From Antedon mediterranea (taxonomy: Eukaryota; Animalia; Echinodermata), in NCBI RefSeq assembly GCF_964355755.1, contig NC_092679.1:21869432-21933431 (forward strand): a stretch of 64,000 nt of DNA. Reading direction: 5' to 3'. Position numbers and translations under genes: made by a program. Shown piece by piece: positions 48,752-60,660 of the stretch (positions within the stretch are counted from its first letter, which is position 1; every line of letters begins with the position of its first letter). A model generated the notes under the pieces. It worked only from the letters and a program-made list of their open reading frames with translations, did not search any database and was not told the DNA's origin.

Positions 48752-51700
48752 TTAGAAGTTCACATCTTCTGTAAAGTTAATGCCAGGTACATTAGAAGTT
48801 TGCTGATGCATGTAATGACCATTCTCTGGCATTCGTTCTGCTTCTTCGAACTTTCTAGGCATCGGTCGCTTCCCTTCACCCATGCGCCTGTAGTACTCCA
48901 AGTCTCGCGGCAACGGCTGACGCTCACGGAATTCTTCTGGAGGTGGACGGCGATATTCTTCAGGTGCTCGTCTGTATTCTTCCTGCGGCGCTCTTCGGTA
49001 GCCCGCACCCGATGGGGAAAGCCTGTTGTAGAAGCAAATCAAGAATTCTGGGAATGGTGGGAATGGTTGTACTTCCATTCCTAGAAAAAAATGGTTAATT
49101 TCTGTTAACTGAAAATCAAAACAGTAGTGTTAACGCGTAAGGTGCGACTCTGGTGTCAAGTACACAGCGATGAGGCCAACATTTTAAAGTTTATTTTAAG
49201 TCCCCAACTTCAAAAATTCTGCTCGGCAGAACACAAATCGCTGTTCATTTATATCGATCTTTAACCACAATGCATAATTCGAGCAACAATATTGAAAATT
49301 ACGATAAGCTGTCGATTTTTTTCGTCAGTTAAAAACGATAAATCTGCGAGATACAGTAGTTTTACCGATAGCAAATACATAATCCGTTGCAACATATTTT
49401 TAAAGCTGAATTCTGTTTTTATACATTACCGTACCGGGCCGCAGTACATTTAAATACCGAAGGCACCCGTGTCGAACTTGATTTCTTGCTTGACCTGTCC
49501 AAAGTTCTCGATAACTTTTAAACACAATATTGTACAACTCATCGTCATAGTCCAATTGATCCACGAGGATTCTTTTCATCTTGACATGCCCATGTCAATC
49601 ATACTTTGTGAATGTTCATTGTTCTTCGATGTTATCCATTGTACTGCGATACGTGATGTTGAGTTGCGGTGTTTTCCGATCCATGAACCACGATGTATCA
49701 TCCTGCGATTATTTCCATCGTTTTTTCTCGCATCAGTTTAAACAAATTTACTTACTATAACATTTTTATTACTAATCTGGAAAAGTTCATCTTCGGAAAA
49801 GAAGAATTTTAAATGATCTACGCAACGACATAAACACATTTCTATGTTAATGTTCGAAAGCTTAGTGACTTTAATCTTTGATGATAATGCTAATGTAATA
49901 GACAGTAGAACTCCTTTGGGACACCCCTTTTCAAGAGACAAACGAAAAGATGCCTGAACGCTTCGGCCAGCCCACATTCAGAGAACACGTTTTTTAAACG
50001 GCCCTTTGGTCGTGAAGGTGTCCACTTAATAGGGGTCCTACTGTATTTGAAATGTATTTGTGAGAGCTTATGGTGAGATAAAAGATTATTCGAAATTTTA
50101 TAGGAAATGTTTCTGTACACATTTGCATATTTAACAATAGACACACAAACTGGGATATTATTTAATGCACACAAAACCATCTTCTGTTTAAAAGCGCGAG
50201 GGCACGGCCTACTTGAAGTTGACGTCTTGACGCACAACACGACTCGTGACATACGCGTTCATAAAATGAAGATAATATTGGATTAAAAAAACAGTTTCAA
50301 CGAAAACAAACTTCATTAATAAAATATCAAATTGTGAAAACATTTTCTAAATGCACGAGTGATTATTAACTATGATTTTACTATTTATAATTCTTCACAA
50401 ATAATGACTGTACGAATATGGAATAATAGAACATTTTATCGAATGGAAAAGAAACCCTGGAGGAAATCTTACCTTACGACACCAAAAATAAATGGAAGAT
50501 TTAGTCTTCGAAGACTTTACCCATACCCCACCATTACTAAGTGCCAATTGACGAGGAAATAAATTCCATTATGTGGAATTAAAACTTAATGGCAGGTTTT
50601 TTATCAATTAAGGTCCCAACCCTTTCCCAATACGGGAACCACCTAAAAATGAACCCGTTGCCTACCTTCTAGAATAATCGTAATACGGATCCCTCGCCGG
50701 CACTCTTTCATAGTAACGATCATAGTATTCTCTATGATTGAAAAACAAAAGGTTTTTGGATTTAATTGTAAAGAAAAACAATACGCATGAAGACACTAAT
50801 ATCCCTATCGTGTCAGTTAATGACCATATTAGGAATATTCATGGAGTTTAAAATATGAAGAAACTAAGTTTATACCTTGTTGGAGAAAATCGTCGTCTGT
50901 AACCAGGAGGGGTAACAGGTCGTCTCATGGGTGGACTACGGCTTCGATCTCTGTAACCATAGCCTGGCGGAGGCATGGGGCGCCTGTAGTAGTCGTCATA
51001 ATAGTCATAACCATAACCTTCTCTCATTGGAGGTTGAAAGAAATCGCCATTTGAGAAACCGCCACGTCCACCACCTCTTCCCCCTCCTCCTCTCCCACGA
51101 CCACGCCCTCTACCCCTTCCTCTTGGTCCACTACTGCAATAAATACAAAATGTTTACATGTAAAGAATTGGTAAGCCAGTTAAGGATTTAGCAATAACTA
51201 TTGTGCTGGGATATACAGTACTACATTAAAAATGATATGCCAGCTTTGGCTCACTTAGCATACCAATAACCGCAGATAAAGGACTGTGCCTTATATGTGC
51301 AAAAATAATTTTAACCGTCGAATAAAATAAATAAACAAATTACCCATCTTTATTTGTTGGGCATTCACGTGAAAAATGGCCAGTTTCTCCACACCTAAAA
51401 CACTCGCCCTTTGACCCTATGCCAGGATTTTTATGTACTTCAGTAGTGGAATACTGAACATTAACTTGGCAGTCTCCCATCATTGAATGATGTAGGGCCA
51501 TTACTGCTCGTTCAGCCTCGTCTTCATTTTCCATATGCTATTATTAAATAAAAAAATTGCAATTGTTGTAAAATATCAAGTTAATTATAGGAGATTTTCT
51601 GATCAGTGTATAAAAGTGCATGAATGTATGAGAAAATTGTTATTGAAGGATTTTGGATCACATGATATTCAATTAAATATTCTGTTGAACTATTAATTAT

Positions 51701-52078
51701 GTCATCGAGAATGCAATGTACGAGTAATTATTTATTACATTTTTTTTGCATTATCTACTTTGCATCTAAAGTAAAATTGGGGCAATGCTTTTTCGAATGG
51801 TTAAAAGTGAATGACGAAAATCTGTTCATTCATCATTATTTGTACCAACCACTGCAGTTGCGATTAATAATTCAATTAGTAATTACTGAAAAGCATACAT
51901 CTGAAATTGAGAATAGCCTATATATTAAATTAATTATTAAATCATGACGTACAACAAAACCATAATTTCTTAAGACATCGCACTCAGCAACTATACCATA
52001 CTGCTCAAAGCTTTGTCGCAACTTTTGACTCGAATAGCCATTTGGTAAATTTCCAACGAACAACTTCTTCTTTACCAT
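48752..52078 (-). CDS. RBM4: RNA-binding protein 4 / lark-like (RRM + CCHC zinc knuckle + RGG + R/Y/P-rich tail, about 304 aa)
   Basis: Exons (minus) 52078-51953, 51537-51344, 51133-50876, 50731-50666, 49022-48752 join in frame. MVKKKLFVGNLP..FEQYG.V.ECDVLRNYGFVHME..VQYST..PGIG..CFRCGETGHFSRECP is lark/RBM4-typical. Confidence 0.88.
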
Positions 52079-52529
52079 TCTGAAAATTTGAACAAAAATA
52101 ATTATTAAATTCAATTCTGACAAAAATTTAACAAAGCAGCCTATGCCTCTTACATGGGCGACGATTATATAGGTTAAACTTAGCTTGGATTTGACGTTCA
52201 CGTAATCAAATAGATCATATAGGCTAGCCTAGCTAGGCTACTCTGTATTTTCTCTTTACCACGCACCTGCCCCACCGACCACGCGGTGAGATTACCATGC
52301 GGCGTAGCGGTGGACCCAAACCAAGCAACAGAACTTTTGGTTTTAATTTATAAAAACCTTCATATTTATTTAATTTCTTAAAAATTAACACCAAATCAAA
52401 CACTAAATACTCAGTATATTTCAAAGTATTACATTATCCTTATCTAAACAACTTACGTGACTATCTTACGTTGAAATAGAAAGAAATTAAGATGTAAACC
52501 ACGCTTCCAACACCTCTCACGAAAAAAGC

Positions 52530-52943
52530 GCACACAAAGATTGGATATAGATCCGTTCGCGTCTGTCGGGCAAATAGCAAATTAGTGTTGCATTGTGGGA
52601 CGGTTTAAAGTCACATGCTGGATGATGAAACATTATAATTTTAATTAATTTGTCATTCATTTATTTTGTAAAAATTAAAGCAGTAATAATTAGATCAATC
52701 TAAATAATAATATTAAAATATATGTTGTAGTAAATAAATCAATTAATTGATTCTACGAATAATTTTGATAAACAAAAATTTTGTATGGAAACAAGGGTCA
52801 CCTCACTGATACCTGGGTCACACGTTGTAAACATGAAAATAAAAAACGTGTGTGTGTGGACGATGATCGTCGAGGATAGCCTAGCCTTAGGATCGAGAGC
52901 AAGAACTCTTTTAAATAGGGCCTAGAATATAATAGAATAAATA
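52530..52943. promoter_or_regulatory. Probable bidirectional promoter between RBM4-like and UTP25
   Basis: Divergent start codons 866 bp apart; likely non-coding RBM4 first exon with minus-strand gtaag donors near 52456 and 52469; CpG-richer flanks. Confidence 0.55.
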
Positions 52944-55900
52944 ATGAGAGGGAAGGGAAAACGACAGAGAAATAAAGGAGGAATGCGTGGTCGTGGCAGA
53001 GGTAGAGGTTCGAAAAAACGACGTGTTGACATCGGTCAACAGCAACGACCAGAAAACCACAACTTCACGGCTGGGAGTGCACTCCAGGCGACGAATTCAC
53101 ACGGGGCAACTCGGTAAGTCGTGGTGGTCAGTTCGACCCAAATGTAAATAATGACATGTATTGACGGATGCTAGTCAAGTCGCCCCATACAAAGTCGCCC
53201 CTTACACAGTCGCCCCAAAACAAAGTCGCCCCATCGCAAAGTCGCCCCATCGCAAAGTCGCCCCATCGCAAAGTCGCCCCAACGCAAAGTCGCCCCATCA
53301 CAAAGTCGCCCTATCGCAAAGTCGCCCTATCGCAAAGTCGACCTAAAACGTTAAAAAATAGTTTACAAGTGCGTAAAATGTTGCAATGATAGTCTCAGGT
53401 CACACGATCGGCACGCACCCCCATCAGAGAGGAAGCCCCCGACTAATCACTCTGCGGTCGCACTCTAACGTGCTAGCTTACAAGAGGGAAACCCCCGTAA
53501 TTACTCCGCCGTTACAACGCACCATCTGAAGATGCGGAAACCCCGCCGGAGTTTTACGATGATATCAGTCGCGTTCGAAATCGGTTGCGTTTAATTTTGG
53601 TCGCGATAAAATGATGTTATACGATCTAGATTATTTTTACTTTTGGTTGATGAATATTTATTATTATTATTAAGCCTATATTAATAATTTGTAAACATAG
53701 TTTAAGATTATAGTATTATCCAGCATAATGTCATTTAACAATACATAATTATTTAAATGTGAAATATTTTATAGGAAACGTAGGCTACGTCTGTGTCTTT
53801 TATTTTATATGCAACAAATTACGTAAAACAATTTATTTATAAACATTCAGTTTACTATTATATACATAACAATGAACATTGATTGGAAAGGCAATGAACA
53901 TTGATTGGAAAGGCAATCCCATCATTATATCCATTATAAAATTGCATCATATCACCACTATATGTCGTAAATGATGACGTGCGTGTGTGTATTCGTCGTA
54001 CGTCCGTCGTGTACGTATTATTCCGTGCCTCTTCACTGTCTTGTTTAATTTAAAATTAAATAAACACCCGATATTTATTAGGCATGATAATTAGAATGTT
54101 CTATAACCAAAAGGGTTGAAAAGAATTTCTTCAGTAAAATTATCATTGTGCTGTTGAATAAAAGGCGACTCGCCATCTGAAACATTCTCTGAAACCAATC
54201 GGAGCTGCGCCTTCGGGTATCTGTTTCCTCACAGCTGCTACGTCTTTCTGCTGACCGTCGGGGATTTCCCTTTTTAAAAAACACGCACACGATACTGTAC
54301 GATGGTTTTTCCATGGTCAAAATGTAGCGTTTTAATTTTACTAAAATACCTGCATGTAAAACAATCATATCGGCGATGAAATCCTTTTTTTTTTTTATTT
54401 CTTCATTTTGAAAAGTCATTATAAAATTAAGACACATAACTTGTCAATAAATGCAAAATGATCAATAAGTAGCCTATAACACTCATTGTCTCACAACACT
54501 GTTATTTTTTTAACTACTGTAAATCTATACGAAGGCCTACTACACATTTATACATTTATTATATTATCCTAAAAAATTAGCTGGTATCCACGCGTAGGTT
54601 GAAGAAAGATTCGTAATTTTGGCTCTGGTAACTAATTTTAAAATCATATTAAATTAACATTTTCGAAACTATAAATCAGGGATAATCTTTTTAGGGACTA
54701 TTTTTTTAATGATTTTTAAAAAGCACATCACTCCATTAAAACCTGTAAAATAAAAATTAAAACACAAATTATGTATACAATAGGATAAACATTATAATGT
54801 ATACGACATTTAGCGCGACCAAAGTAACAACGCAATCGATATCAAACGCACCCAAAACTCATCTCTTCAGAGAAGCATAATCGCACGCTACTACTTGCAC
54901 AGATCTTGGAAAACACAGCGCTTTGAAACCTTTGTCTCTTGCGCTTTATAAATGTTATTTATTATTATTATTATTAAAACCGTGGGCGACTTTGCAATGG
55001 GGCGACTTTGCGTTGGGGCGACTTTGCGATGGGGCGACTTTGCGATGGGGCGACTTTGTAATGGGGCGACTTTGCGATGGGGCGACTGTGCCGGGGCGAC
55101 TTTGTTTTGGGGCGACTTGGTATGGGGCGACTTTGCGATGGGGCGACTTGACTGAATCCCGTATTGACATGATAATCTTTGGGTTTTATGATATAAAGTG
55201 TTATCAAGTACATGCTAACATAATATTAAATGTTATTGTGATATTTGATAAATTTAATTGTACGTTTTATACATTTTTTAATATAAAAAATAAAAAACTG
55301 TTCAACTACTGACTGATTCTGTTTTTCCTGAAACTCCTGAAGACCCTCCTCTGTGATACTGATAAGTGATGTTGTTGTTGTTGACACGTTGTGATGAATG
55401 ACAGGGAAAAAATATATAAAAGTTAAATTTAAACTAAAGAAAGCATCTTACCTTAACATACTTGACTGTCAAGTTGACATCATTTCAAAACCCTCCCAGG
55501 CGATACTGGTATTATTTGTAATTTACCAAAAAATGATTAATTCATTTTATTGTTTACAGCAATTTGAAGAGCAGAAAAGTTCCACCTTCATTGCTACAGC
55601 AAACAGAAGTAAGAATAATGACATTTATAAATTGTAATAATATAATAATCAAAGTTACAAATTACAAATATATTTTTTAATTTATTTATGTTTGTCATGT
55701 TTTAGTTTGGTTGTGATAAATCAATTAGACAACCTAATTTTTTCTTAGCTAACTTTTAATGTTATGTATTAAAATAATTGTTTTGTATACAATTTTCATT
55801 TTTATCATTCATACTGTATGGATATTAATTTTGGATATAACTCATTTTACCTTTTCTAGGAAAATTGGAGTTCAGAAAGTGAGGATGAAAATCCACTTTA

Positions 55901-58900
55901 TCAACTTCTTTCATCATTTGGTGACAGAAAATTGACAAATAGTAGGTTTAAAAAATGAAAATAGAATTTTGTTTTCATATGCATCCAACAGAGAGTAACT
56001 TGCCAATTACAGGATGGATACTATTTTATAATTTTTCTCATTAGTCTTATTGTTTGAGCATTGGGAGTGGAGTTGTGAGTTTCAACCCTGGGACCAAGTC
56101 AGGATTGAACCCTGGGAATAAGTCAGTATTGAACCCTGGGACCAAGTCAGGATTGAACCCTGGGACCAAGTCAGGATTGAACCCTGGGACCAAGTCAGGA
56201 TTGAACCCTGGGAATAAGTCAGTATTGAACCTTGGCATTGGGTCAGGATTGAACCCTGGAACCAAGTCAGGATTGAACCCTGGGACCAAGTCAGTATTGA
56301 ACCTTGGCATTGGGTCAGGATTGAACCCTGGGACCAAGTCAGGATTGAACCCTGGGACCAAGTCAGGATTGAACCCTGGGAATAAGTCAGTATTGAACCT
56401 TGGCATTGGGTCAGGATTGAACCCTGGGACCAAGTCAGGATTGAACCCTGGGACCAAGTCAGGATTGAACCCTGGGAATAAGTCAGTATTGAACTCTGGC
56501 ATTGAGTCAGGATTGAACCTTGCAATTCAAAGGCAAACATGTTACCACCAAGCTACAGCTCCACTACTAGTTTACAATACCAATTAGATATTTTCTTATT
56601 TTCCTACTTCTACTACTCAGCTGGCCAGTATGAAGATGTAGATGAGGAAAAGGAAGAAGAAGATTCAAGTATTTATAGTGAAAATGGTAAATGTTTTAAA
56701 TACTGTAAGGCCATGAGCAGGCAACACAAATTCAGTTGAATACATTCTAATAATTATCCATCTGTCTGGTAAAAAAACTCTAACTTTGTTCGAACAACGC
56801 TTTTGTTTATAAAACAGTGCATTCAAACATATACAATACAGTACAGTTACAAAAATAAATTGCATCAAAGCCAAACATATATAAACTGTAAGAACAGCAG
56901 CAAATACATTTAAATATATAAAAATAGAATTACAGCCAATATTTAAAGCCCCCTTCCCTACGTTTTTTAGATCTAATTTAAGATCACAAACTATATTTAA
57001 TGTAAAAATAATACTATATGGTCCTATTGCGATAACTTTTTTCATCTTTAAACGGTTAAAAATACGGCTATAAATCCCAAAATGCATTGCGCGCGGATTG
57101 ATATTTTTGTTTTTCACCTGTAATTCGCCCACTTTTCGATCGATCGTGAGGCCAAAACAAATGGAAGACTCCTAACTTTTCAGCGAAAATACCGGGTTTT
57201 GCCCAATTTGTATCAACGGAGTCTGGAAAAAATAGAAAGACAATTAATGCAGCAACTATACAACGTCAGGCTAGGTATATAGCTAGCGTACGATGTTCGT
57301 ACGTTACCGATGTTTACCAGCTAGGCCTACAAAACTAAGCCTAGCTAGGCTAGGCCTAAGACCGTCCACGAGAGGTCGATCGCCGCGAGCTACTTAGGTA
57401 GTGCATTGTTTCTCACTTTTTATCATAATTTACCATAAAACGTACATTTAAGACAAGGAATGACATGGTTTAATGTTTTTAAAGTGATATATATGTATTA
57501 TTTTCCAAAAAACGTCCAAAATTGCAGGGAAGGGGTCTTTAACTCAAAGTGGAGATTTTTTCAAGCCTATTAGTATTAGTTAACTATTTGAAAAAGATTA
57601 TTTTTTATAGCAAGTTTTTTTCTTCAAATATTTGTTGCAGATGTAGATAGTATTGAGAACATAGATTTGGAAGGTAAGGAAAATATAATTGCAGATGATG
57701 AAGAGATTAATGATTTAGAAGATGATAGTGATGAGGAAGATGAAGACATCGAAGATGAGGATGCAAAAATTAATGAAGCATTTTCAACTGAGGAATTAAC
57801 AGCAGATGACTACAAGGGTAATTTTCATCTGAATTTTTCCAACCCAACCGTTATATGATCCTGTTACAAATTCATTTTCAACTTATGGTATTTGTTGCCA
57901 GTTATGAATTCAGCAACTACCTACCTATTTAACCAAGATCATTAAGAGTGTGTTTTAGGTTTTGAACTTCTGATCATGGGATCAGGATTTCAAATCAAAC
58001 GTCAATCATTTCGTTTTCATGTGGCTATACTCACATATCGATTGGCATTTGATTTTCCTGGAGCAGAACCGTGCCGGAACAGGTGTGAAAACCCCTTTAT
58101 GCTTGCTTGTAATTTGAAGCAAGAAACTTTACTTATGTTTGTCGCTCTTCACACAGGTTTAAGCACAATTGTGCTGATAACTAGCTGCATAGAGCTACAT
58201 TCACACTAGTTTCATTTCACAGAATGGAAGACCGCACTGAAAATAGGCAATCATATACAGAATTAAGCGTCATCCATTCCGATGGAACAAATCTAAATGC
58301 AGCTTTTTTATGTGTGCTGTCCATACAGATTTGATCCAATGACGCACAGTAATAGTGTGCAGCTTTGAATAACAAGTGCTATATAAGACATGACATGATT
58401 ATTAATAATAACTTAGAATTACAATTATATAATATTATTTTATAGACCCCTTTTTCAAAAGAGTTAATCACACCATGACCCAAGAGGATGTAGAAAAGCT
58501 AAAGAAAAAGGCAAATGCTACTGAAATGAAGGTAAACAACAAGAACTGTAGTGTGGCTAGCCAATTTATAACAGTTCTAGACATTGATTAAAAATGCAAG
58601 CGACAGACTGATTAAATATAAGTTTACTTTACTGTGTCATAAAACGAATAATAAATGTTTTGTATTTGTTGAATTGGGAAATTTTCATCAGCGAGAGAGC
58701 CACTAAGTGCTCAGTCATTTGACATAAACATGCATTTCCCAAAAAAAGCAGTTTAGTATAGAGCTTCACAAAACACACACTTTATCTTAAAGACATATTA
58801 TGTTTTTTACATGCCTATAAAGCTAGTTAATTCAGCTATTAAAAGGTGTAATTTTATTGTAATCTTGTTAATGAACTAGTATGTTAAGGCTAACATTAGT

Positions 58901-60650
58901 GTCACTTTGTGAAAACACGCAATCTATTTAATGCGTGTAGTGTCTATAGCCGCATTAGTGTCACTTTGCGGCGGCGCCTACGATATTGCCGCCTTGTTCA
59001 ATAGTAAATAAAATCTTTTAAATAAATCTTTTAACTCATGAAAATAGTATTCCCTGTCGTTTCATTATTTGTATACAGCGTGTATTTTGTAAAAAAAATA
59101 AATTGTGTTCTTTGTTTATTTCAGTGGCCACAGCTGGGTAAATTGAAATTCTACACACATGAAGAAAATGATTCACATCCAAGAATATATAAAGAAAAAT
59201 CACTAGCCAAGCTTTATGTAAGTTAGTAAAGATTGAGAAATCTCTGAAATTTATCCTCAAAACTGAAATTGTCTGTGAATATGGAATCTCTGAAATTTGT
59301 CCTTAAAACTGAACTTGTCTGTAAACACGAAATCTCTGAAATTTGTCATGCTCAAAACTGTACTGTCTAAAAAGATGCCCAAACGTGGCCAAAAGTTCAA
59401 ATGAGTTTGTGTGCCTAAAACAGTCTTGTTTTCCTTACCCAGGTCCGCAAGAAGGTATCGGTGCGATGGTCTGAACTCAATCAGAAGCAGCTTGAATCTG
59501 ATACACCTGAAGAGATGTTTTGTCCCTTGCAAAGAGAGGTCTTCTCTATCATGAACAACTACAATGCAAGTATATCTATTTTGAATTTCACCCTTTTTCG
59601 CACCTGCAAAATGTAACTTGTAACCAGGTTTGCATCGTGTGAAGACAATTTTGTGGAAAATCTCTCAAGATTTCACAAGGGACCTCTCTGAAATTTCGAC
59701 AAGAAAAACACAGATGAAAGGTATATTCTTGTTTAAGATGTTCCGAGTTCTTACTGCACGCGCATGTATTGCAATGGTATTAAACTGACCAATCATAGCA
59801 CTCAAAAAGCGAGTAACTATGTTTCTACCAAGATTTCTCGCAGTATATAAACCTGTAATAAATTGGGAGATCAAACCTGGTTACACAAGTTGTAACAATT
59901 TATTCAGATGTGAAATGTTAATAGTCTCAAAAACTTGCTTAAACTTTCTCGTTTTGTTTAAATGATGATGTATTACTGGTAATCCATAAGAAGCAACAGT
60001 TAAATCAATTCTAATAATATAATTTGTATATAATTTATTTATAGCGATAAATTAATTGATCATTTATTCTTATGAATTCTTAACAAATATAACCATTTAA
60101 ACAATGGTTTTGCATTCCATGTGCTCTTGTTTTACATTTCACATAAATTACGCTTTTCAGAAATTATGAACAGTCTATATGAAATCTCTTAATTGTTGAC
60201 TTTTTTTTTTTTCAATTCAACAGGATATTTTATTTTGCAATAGGACACATGTAAATGCCGAAGAACTCCGCAATGCATACTGTCTACACGTTCTCAATCA
60301 TATGATTAAGTGAGTTTTACTATGTTTTTTATCTGTGTAATATAGAAAAACAAATTGAATGGAGATATTATTTAACTGATTTTCTACTAATAATTATATA
60401 GCCTTGCTAACAGAAAAGTATGAATAAAAAATGCATGCAATTTCTACAAACATGTAATTCTCAATTACAAAAATTAAAGCCAATCTTATATTTCGTCAAA
60501 GTTTTGACATGTCAGGCTTAGGCGACATTTTTTAAAGATACATTAACTATTCTTTGTAATGATGATTTTTGTTTTTTGACTTCATAGATCCAGACAAGTT
60601 GTACTAAAACACAACACTATGTTGTCTCAGGATCCAAATCTTGATGCAGA
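52944..60650 (+). CDS. UTP25: U3 snoRNA-associated protein 25 (DIEXF/Def) homolog, 3'-partial
   Basis: Exons 52944-53113, 55560-55608, 55860-55941, 56621-56686, 57641-57817, 58446-58531, 59125-59217, 59443-59565, 60224-60309, 60588-60650 join in frame: basic N-terminus, acidic tract, DPF, WPQLG, PLQREVFSIMNNYNDILF, EELRNAYCLHVLNHMIK. Confidence 0.9.
53166..55160. mobile_element. Foldback/MULE-like non-autonomous DNA transposon with long modular TIRs
   Basis: Inverted arrays of 16-bp CAAAGTCGCCCCATCG at 53174-53343 and 54981-55153; GTATTGAC duplicated at 53158-53165 and 55161-55168. Confidence 0.88.
56040..56568 (-). mobile_element. tRNA-derived SINE containing a 24-bp minisatellite (about 56083-56520)
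   Basis: Both flanks of the (TTGAACCCTGGGACCAAGTCAGGA)n array match the SINE at 17736-17880. Confidence 0.7.
56947..57538. mobile_element. TTAA-flanked Kolobok-like non-autonomous transposon
   Basis: ttaa|agcccccttccct ... agggaaggggtct|ttaa. Confidence 0.8.
59619..59885. mobile_element. Small MITE
   Basis: 14-bp inverted ends tgtaaccaggtttg / caaacctggttaca. Confidence 0.55.
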
Positions 60651-60660
60651 GTAAGTAAAA

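Noticed and set aside
54078-54437. Transposase ORF inside the foldback element
   Set aside because: No DDE, zinc-finger or other recognisable transposase motif.
53161-56587. Repetitive ORFs KSPHRKVAPSQ / WGDFAMGRL / NPGTKSGL
   Set aside because: Arise from 16-bp TIR repeats and the 24-bp minisatellite, inside UTP25 introns.
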